A stretch of DNA of 64,000 bases from Octopus sinensis (lineage: Eukaryota): the NCBI RefSeq assembly GCF_006345805.1, contig NC_043003.1, positions 40,610,001-40,674,000 of the forward strand, written 5' to 3'. The translations under genes were made by a program, and so were the position numbers. This document shows, piece by piece, positions 55,598 to 64,000 of this stretch. The notes beneath the pieces are model-generated. The model had not been told where the DNA came from, did not search any database, and saw nothing but the letters and a program-made list of their open reading frames with translations. Positions within the stretch are counted from its first letter, which is position 1. Each line of letters opens with the position of its first letter.

Positions 55598-55765
55598 AAT
55601 ATGGGGCATTTTTTCAATGAGGGAGTTTAATATCACTGCCCGCATTTGCGCGTCCAGTTTTTGTTTTTTGAAAACACCTATGTCCACTTTGTTTAGGTCT
55701 CTGAGGTTCTTTGAGAGCATATTAAAAAGCTGTGGGCCCTTGTCATTTCTGTAGTTTTCAATGCC
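55598..55765 (-). mobile_element. CR1/L2-group LINE 3' end
   Basis: KGPQLFNML.KNLRDL..VDIGVFK..KLD...RA...NSLI. Confidence 0.7.
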
Positions 55766-56875
55766 AACATAGTTTGGCACAATCCTCTCTAGGATCGTGC
55801 AGATGTATATTACTGCATATCTCTCCCGCCTATATATGAATACATACGTGTGCTCGCGCACACATGCACGAACACTATATGCATGCAAATGTGTTTACGT
55901 GTGTGTGGTGCACGTATTTTGGATATGTGTCTGTATTTGTTTCGTAAATGTTGACGACACTCGGAAACTTTACAGAAATGATATAACATGTATGTAACTG
56001 TACATGTATGTTTTAATTCCCCAAAATGGCTCTTCCACGACATGGTTATTCAGAACACAATCTCAGATCCAAAGACAATCTCAAATTAAGTCACTAACCA
56101 AGCGAGTGCGACACCGATATCTCAAACGGAATCGATACAAATTGGAATCAATTACCGAGGAAATTTTTTCTATCAAGCAAATAAAGGCAATTGATTTGAG
56201 ATGTGTGCGTTCGTCCATGCAGGGAATATACTCAAATAAGGTATTCATGGAGATAGAAATAATATTAAATTTGAAACGGTTTTCTCACGTTCTAAGTTAC
56301 AAGTACAATCGTTGGCCAACAGAATTATAAGAATTATAAATATCGTCAAGTAAGATTTGAAACGAAAACCTCAGTCACCTTCAGTTTAAATGCTTCGGCG
56401 TCAGTAAGTTGGTTATGACCGGATATATCAATATAGCCGGATATTATGACCGGACGTACGAAGTATAACATGATATAAACAGATGTACAATGTGCAGTAA
56501 CATCGACTCAATGTATATGTGTTAAATGTAGAGTGATTGAGAAAGATCGAGCTTATGTAGTAGGCAGGTTTAGGTCTAGAGACAACCTGTCTGAATACTC
56601 ATCTAATAGAGTTAATGAAGCTTGACAGACAATGGTGTAGGTGTTGAAATTGTATGAAGTAGTATTGTGTTATAGATGGCAGGTGATAGAGGGAATGTAC
56701 TTCAGAGCAAGGTTTATGTAAATATATATGTAATTTATTTGTGTCCAAAGGCAATAAAGCTAACACTCACTAAGGCATGTAGAATTTATATTATATTAAA
56801 TTATTGATAAAACATAAAATTCAAAAGAGAAAGTCAATGGTTGGCATGAAATAAACAAGTAGATTTCAATGCTCA

Positions 56876-56926
<51 letters not shown>

Positions 56927-56954
56927 ACACACACACACACACTCTCTCTCTATC

Positions 56955-56985
<31 letters not shown>

Positions 56986-57412
56986 GTCACTCACTCACTC
57001 GGTCATTCACTCTCTCTCTCTCTCTCATTCGCTCACGAGCGCACGCACATATTCTAATGTTTTGTGGAATGAAACTTAAAGCTACGATTGACTGATTATT
57101 TAACAATTAATTTATATATATAATAATAATTGATGAAGGAGCCAGAAGATACATTTGGCAAAAGTCTGTATTCCGTACGACGATCGTTTCGACTCATTTT
57201 GCTACCGTCCGTTACCGGTAGGCTTTTGTGCATCTAGTTGTGATGCATCAATCTATGCAGGTATATACATAAGGTATATACATTAATAAAGAGGGTTTCC
57301 CGTTAGATAAATTGAGATGTCCTAGGCATGTTTGTGCCTGCTGTATCTTGGTTATGACCGGCTAGTGATGTCCATGCTCTGTCACACGTGTGTGTCTGTA
57401 CCTGAGTCTGTC

Positions 57413-57479
<67 letters not shown>

Positions 57480-57480
57480 A

Positions 57481-57556
<76 letters not shown>

Positions 57557-57612
57557 GTATGTTTATCTGTGTATGTGCGTCTGTCTGCCTGCACACATAC
57601 AAAGTGCACAAG

Positions 57613-57664
<52 letters not shown>

Positions 57665-57667
<3 letters not shown>

Positions 57668-58029
57668 AAAGTCAAGTTGTGTGTCTGTCTCCTACGATTT
57701 AGATCCTAACTACTCTCACCGGGTAATCTTATAGTCGTGATTCATATCGAGCCCTACTGGGTATTAGCGCGCGTCTACGATGATCTAACGATTTAAAAAA
57801 AAAATTACCATAATTTTTTCCATTTTAATTCATTTTTCGCTATTATATATAAGGGAAGTAACTCTCTAAATGTCTACGATGAGTCAACGATTAAAAAAAA
57901 AAATTACCATAATTTTTTTACCATTTTTAATGCAATTTTTTGGCTATTTTTTGGCTATAACTCCTAAAATGGTTTTATATAGTTAGTTATTTCCCTTACA
58001 AACCGAGCAACGCCGGGCGATACTGCTAG

Positions 58030-58032
<3 letters not shown>
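57665..58032 (-). mobile_element. Helitron-like non-autonomous element, same terminus as 40519
   Basis: Reverse complement begins TACTAGCAGTATCGCCCGGCGTTGCTCGGTTTGTAAGGGAAATAACTA. Confidence 0.6.
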
Positions 58033-58076
<44 letters not shown>

Positions 58077-58177
58077 TATATATATTTAATTATATGTATA
58101 AATGCATGTGCGTGTGTATGTGCGCTTGTGTTTGTGTGAGTGCATGTGTATGTGTCTGTGTGCGTGTGTATACACAC

Positions 58178-58249
<72 letters not shown>

Positions 58250-58745
58250 GTATATATATATTTACATATATATGCATATAGGTGTACAGGCCGTGACCAC
58301 GGTAAACAACATAAAATACGAAAACAAATGTGTTAAATACGCAAACAATTGGAGAAAAAATAGGAAAAAGCACAAGTAATACAAATAATACCAAGAACGA
58401 CCCTTCATCAGTTGGCGGCTGTGTATCTACTCCTCATTTCGAGCAATCAACGACAACAGGAATCTTCGAAATGCCAAAATAATATTTTGGTATTAATGGA
58501 ACCAAAAATGACAGTGGAGACATACAAGGAAACTGAACGAAAATATGCATGGAGGGTCGTTAGACCAGAACGAGGGGAATTCGTGAAAGCTGAGAGAAAT
58601 ATTTACTTGAAAAGTGAAAAGATAGAAGATAGTACTATATATTCAATATATGTATATATAGTGCTATATATATATATATCTATATATACATATCTATATA
58701 TATATATATATATATATATCTATATCTATATATATATATAATATA

Positions 58746-58787
<42 letters not shown>

Positions 58788-58791
<4 letters not shown>

Positions 58792-58942
58792 ACGGACTTC
58801 TTCAGTTTCCATCTACCAAATCTACTCATAAGGCTTTGGTCAGCCCGAGGTGATATTAAAAGAGACTTGCCCAAAGTACTATGCCGTGGGACTGACTCTT
58901 GTGGTTGGGAATCAATCTTCTTACCACAGCCATTCCTGCGCC
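58788..58942 (-). mobile_element. SINE A 5' half
   Basis: Head and body motifs. Confidence 0.8.
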
Positions 58943-59140
58943 CATACAGTCACTCAGTGTACACGTATATACACATGTGTGTGTGCGTGTGTATTTATAT
59001 ACGAGGTATATAAGTGATCGAGCATGTTTTATATGTCACAGTACAGAGAACTCAGCATAATGAATATAAGGTTAATTCATATTTCATTACAGTTACAGAA
59101 CAATTGACAATCTATATTACGATTACTTTCGTCTCAAAAT

Positions 59141-59340
59141 ATCGGTTTCAAATGTTGTCCCAAGGTCAGCTATCTCGGAGCTGGGATAAGTCGATTACAT
59201 CGACACCAGTGATCAACTGGTAGTTATCTTATCGACGCTGAAAGAATGATAGGCGAAGTCGACTCAGAACGTAAATGCGGACGAAATGCCGGCTAAGAAT
59301 TTTACCCGGAGTGATAACGATCCTGTCTGCTCGGCGCCTT
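59141..59340 (-). mobile_element. SINE family B, diverged
   Basis: Motifs present. Confidence 0.8.
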
Positions 59341-60003
59341 TGGTTCCAAAATCTCCTATTCGTAGATTTGGGAACCTATCGTGAAAACTCGATTAACATT
59401 CACTGTCTGTGTATTCAAACAAAAATATGTTCCGGCAAAATGACATTGCTTTTACTTTTGTTTGTACTCTGACCGCACTGGGAAAATAATTTTCTTTATA
59501 TTTTCCTTCAGTTTAAAATATAAAACGCGAGCAGGAAGTTACCACAAATCAACACAATGTGCATAAATCTATTGTTATGATTATGACTGTGATCATGATG
59601 CTGCTGCTGCTGCTACTGCTACTGCTGCTGCTACTGCTGCTGCTGCTACTGCTGTTGCTGATGGTGATGATGATCTTCATGGCTGTTGCAATCTTGAATG
59701 ATACAATCGTAACGTTATTAATAGCGGGGGCAGAGATGATAATACTACTATTAATGATATTCGTACTATTAACAATAATAATGATATTATTAATACTAAT
59801 ATTGTATTAAAACAATCATAATTAAAATTATTATTAATATGAAACAGGCTTTTAGAATATTATTCTAAATGAGAGTGAGTATTCCTTAGATATAGAAATG
59901 GAAATGGAGAAACGGAAAGAAGTGGAAGAGAAGGAAGTGAATGAAGAAAGCAACAGCAACGGCAGCAGTTGCAGTAGTAGTAGTAGTAGTAGTAGTAGTT
60001 TAT

Positions 60004-60055
<52 letters not shown>

Positions 60056-60105
60056 AAAAGATGAAGATAATTTTGATTAAGAAGAAGAAGAAGAAATAGT
60101 AGTAT

Positions 60106-60142
<37 letters not shown>

Positions 60143-60795
60143 CTTAGTAGAAAAAGATGAAGAAGAAGAAGAAGAAGAAGAAGATGTAGATGATGAAAGA
60201 AGAATAAGGAGATGAAGAAAGAAGAAGAAGAAGAAGAAGAAGAAGAAGAAGAAGAAGAAGAAGAAGAAGAAGAAGAAGAAACGCAAAGACAGAAAGGAAA
60301 AATAAGCGTAAAATAAAAATAAAATAAAAAAAAACATTAGGAAAATGTAGAAGACACGAAAACAGAAGACGAAAATTGTGGTTAGAAATATAATACAAAC
60401 GCAAGGAATGGTCTCGAGTGTTTACTGGAAGTAAGAAGCTTACCGAATAATTTCTGGTAGTTAGAAATATCAAATTTCAGAAAATCTGCAGGGAGGCCAT
60501 AGAATGGATATTAGATATTTTAAATGGAAAAATTTAATAGTCCCAAGAAAATCTTGTATATACACTGTGTATACTTTTGTGTACAGATATTATTATATAC
60601 ACTGCCTGACTAAACGTTCAAATTCCCTAATAAGACAGACATATATATGCATACACAGATAGATTTATACATATTTTTACGTCAGTCTCTTCATGTGTAC
60701 ATTATATATATATGTTCGTATGTGAGTCTGTATGTGTATATATAAATGTAAAACAACAAAACAAATATTGTTAAATATATTTGAATATATACATA

Positions 60796-60848
<53 letters not shown>

Positions 60849-60981
60849 CATATATATATATATGTATGTGTGTGTATAGTCTACACATATTGCATAAACA
60901 ACACGCATATATATATATATATATATATATATAGATATATATATTAATATATATATATATATATAATATATATATATATAT

Positions 60982-61012
<31 letters not shown>

Positions 61013-61169
61013 TGCATACACATAAATACAAATAGTTTTTAGAAAGTAAAGAAAGAAACTATTTAACACATCTATTTATATTGGAGTGCTTATAACAGGT
61101 TGTTCAAGACGTACATGTATATAAGATATAAAATGCATGTATACAAATAGGCACATATATGAGGAAAGG

Positions 61170-61460
61170 GGGTGCGATCAGCCCTACAATCTGAAGCGTC
61201 CCAAGCAGAGAGCCTTCTCTAGGATCGATGTGAAAAGGTATGGCAGTCAAGGCTTTTCCCATTTTAGATTGGCTAAATGGGGGATTCCTAGTTCAGTCGA
61301 TATGGAGGATGTTTAAGGGTGTTAGAATGAGAGAAAACAAGCTAGAGTGGATATGCGGAAATTGGAGTAACGGCAGAAAGAGCTTCTTGTTGGTTATGAA
61401 GCGGGAGAGAGGAGTTAAGCTGGAAACAAGGAGGAGATGATGAGCAGTGATTTGGCCACC
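61170..61460 (-). mobile_element. Possible CR1/Jockey-group LINE 3' remnant
   Basis: HCSSSPPCFQL...SAY..FS weakly resembles the C-terminal region of such LINEs. Confidence 0.35.
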
Positions 61461-61974
61461 TCTGCGGACCCACCAACGGACGGGAGTTATGGTTCAGGGT
61501 AGAAACATCCGATGCTCGTCGGATACCGTCTGATGATATCAATTCCTCCAAAGACAAAGCTCTATTCACTTTGATGAGTGGAAAAGAAATGTCGACCGAT
61601 GAAAATAAGTGCTGTACACCGCATTAGCTGACATAATATTTTTATTTGTGACTTAAGGCTATCTTTAGTTTCATCCTGAGAAAAGTAAGAAAATATACTA
61701 GTGTTTTAAGTTTCATGCCGATCACATGGAGATAAGTGTTCGCCTACAATTTCTAAATCACAGCCTCGTTTAGTCCGCGGAGATTCTCGTGAATTCACGT
61801 GAAGTCATGTGAATAAAACAAGGGGAACAAAACAAGGTATATATATATATATATATATATGAGATATTTAGAAATGTAATATTTCTATTTTTGTAATCAG
61901 TGGATTTATTTCACTAGAATTCTTATATGTTTACAAGGGCTAGTCAGGCATCACCAACCAGCAGGTCATGCTGC

Positions 61975-62017
61975 TCGAGTCTGATGACGAGCAAAGACTC
62001 AGAAACTAGTCTCTGGA
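61975..62017 (+). ncRNA. Degenerate hammerhead motif with ACTAGT stem III
   Basis: TCGAGT-CTGATGA-CGAG(caaaga)CTCA-GAAA-CTAG-TC/TCTGGA; stem I 4/6. Confidence 0.5.
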
Positions 62018-62195
62018 TGCAGGCTTAGCTGGGCGTAGGTGCTTTCTCCCCCTTGTAAACGTAAGGACACAGTAAATGTGTCAAGTCCGACAGGAAGCGT
62101 TGATGCTTCCTAGAGCTAAATAGCAGTGGTGTGATTCCCTTCAAGGGACTGGAGCATTAAGTTGACAGTATATAACTACTCTTTCTCTCTCTCTC

Positions 62196-62235
<40 letters not shown>

Positions 62236-62584
62236 GTGTGTGTGTGAACTTTCCAAAGCTCTTTCCCGGATATCGGTGATCAAATGCTATCATACTATCA
62301 TAGGAAAGGATTTCTGGTACTGGATATGCGTATGGAAATCCTTAAAGATGTGTAGAGTATAAACAAATAATTTTTAATACGAAGACAGGGATCGAACTGG
62401 CTTTATTACAAATCACAACAATTGTTTTAATGCATCATCATCAGCTCTTAATTGCTGAATGTTACCTTAAATTATAGGCAATACTGTATTAATATCATTG
62501 AACAATAACTGTTCATATGAATATCCTTGGGTGGTCAGACTCAAAGCACTGTTCAAGACATTTTCTCGTATTAAAATTTGTATG

Positions 62585-62615
<31 letters not shown>

Positions 62616-63043
62616 ATATATAAATATGTAACTCTCTCTCAATATATATATACACACACTCATATATATGTTCATACAAGTGGATTTGGTTGAAGCGTTA
62701 GAGTTTTAGATAAGAATATTTTGAAGCATTTAAACCAGTAATTCAATTTCTAATCTCAAATCACGCTGAGGTCAAAATTGCCTTTCTATGGATGATGAAT
62801 CACTGTAGATGTTAGAGCGTTTGACACAATTCTTTATTCTATTTGTTCCGGTTCAAACTTCTGAGTGCCCAGGCAGGCGTGAATAACTTTTCTTTAATAT
62901 GAATCTTGTAAAAATTATTAGAAAGACGGAAGCAAACATACCATATTCTTACATGGACTGTCTGTGAGAAGCACGCACCACACTTGCCAACGAATTGTGA
63001 AACGTTTTCCTCAACGTGTCTGTCGGTGTATTTATATATACAT

Positions 63044-63078
<35 letters not shown>

Positions 63079-63468
63079 GCATGCATGTGTGAATAAATTT
63101 AAACAAATGGAAAGGTCAACCGGTTGTCAAGATTTGACAAGGGCATTTAATTGAAATATATAATAAAAATCAAATTTCCTTTTCGAATCTTGACGGTCTG
63201 CATTTTCATTTCTATTTTAACCTATACCTATATGCTGAAGGAGAAGCCACTTCTAGCCGCTTCAGAAGAAAGTCAGTCTCAACATGACATGTTCAACTGC
63301 TGTTCAAACCGGACTTTAAGAGGCATATCAAATTGAGTACTCATGGTGCATACCTATTAGTCTGAGTCACCCTAACGAAAACTACTCGTATACTTTATAA
63401 ATGTATAAGGATATATCTATCTATCTATCTATCTATCGATATATACATATATATATCTATATACATAT

Positions 63469-63535
<67 letters not shown>

Positions 63536-63749
63536 TATATATATATATATATATATAATACTATATATACATATATATGTATATATATATAATGTATATC
63601 TATCTATATATATATAAATGTATATATATATACATATACATATCGAGAAAAAGAAAAAAGGATGAACGTGAGAGGGGGGACTAAAAGGTAGGGTAAGAGT
63701 CGTACAGAATTTAGAGACATACCTACAATAATGTGAGCACACACACACT

Positions 63750-63787
<38 letters not shown>

Positions 63788-64000
63788 CACGTATATATAT
63801 ATATATATACATATGTGTGTGTTTGCGTGTGTGTGTGTGTGCGCGCGCTCACGTGCACATGTGTGTTTATGTGTGTATGTATTATGTATAAAATACAATA
63901 TAATGCAAATGTGAAATACACAATGTATTTAGACACCACAAAATTACAAAAGCGAAACAAAATGTATTAGAGAAGACAGAACTGGTCCTCTTGTCCTGAT

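Noticed and set aside
57170-57200. Minus-strand GAAA-CGATCG-TC palindrome
   Set aside because: No CUGANGA core upstream.
58310-58640. Repeat with minus-strand CTGATGAAGGG at about 58403
   Set aside because: No downstream GAAA or stem III found; half-site only.
62405-62450. Minus-strand CTGATGA...AAAACAATTGTT with palindrome ACAATTGT
   Set aside because: GAAA is altered, stem II is minimal and stem I does not pair.

Overview
AT-rich eukaryotic DNA saturated with microsatellites ((TA)n, (CA)n, (TCTA)n, (AAT)n, (GAT)n, (GAA)n). The SINE families match ones I recall from Octopus genomes; this is recognition from memory, not a database search. I found no supportable host exon, rRNA, true tRNA gene or CRISPR array, and almost all listed ORFs are microsatellite translations. 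The window is a graveyard of mobile elements: many tRNA-derived SINEs (two main families plus a third), mariner and Tc1-MITE remnants, RTE and CR1-like LINE ends, two R4/Dong-like restriction-endonuclease LINE ends, an ORF1-only L1/Tx1-like element, Helitron-like non-autonomous elements, and Penelope-like elements (PLEs) of at least three lineages. The unexpected signal is a dense set of minimal type-I hammerhead ribozyme (HHR) motifs, about ten sites in six or more sequence families, most with a different self-complementary stem III (ACGT, ACCGGT, ACGCGT, ACGCGCGT, ACTAGT). One family is a tRNA-headed (Pol III A/B box) module followed by (AAT)n and an HHR. It forms the 3' pseudo-LTR of a Penelope RT/GIY-YIG element at 44.3-46.3 kb and also occurs solo and as a head-to-head fold-back dimer. 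Another family has a compensatory U3-A8 catalytic core. Ribozyme activity is inferred from motif and pairing only.
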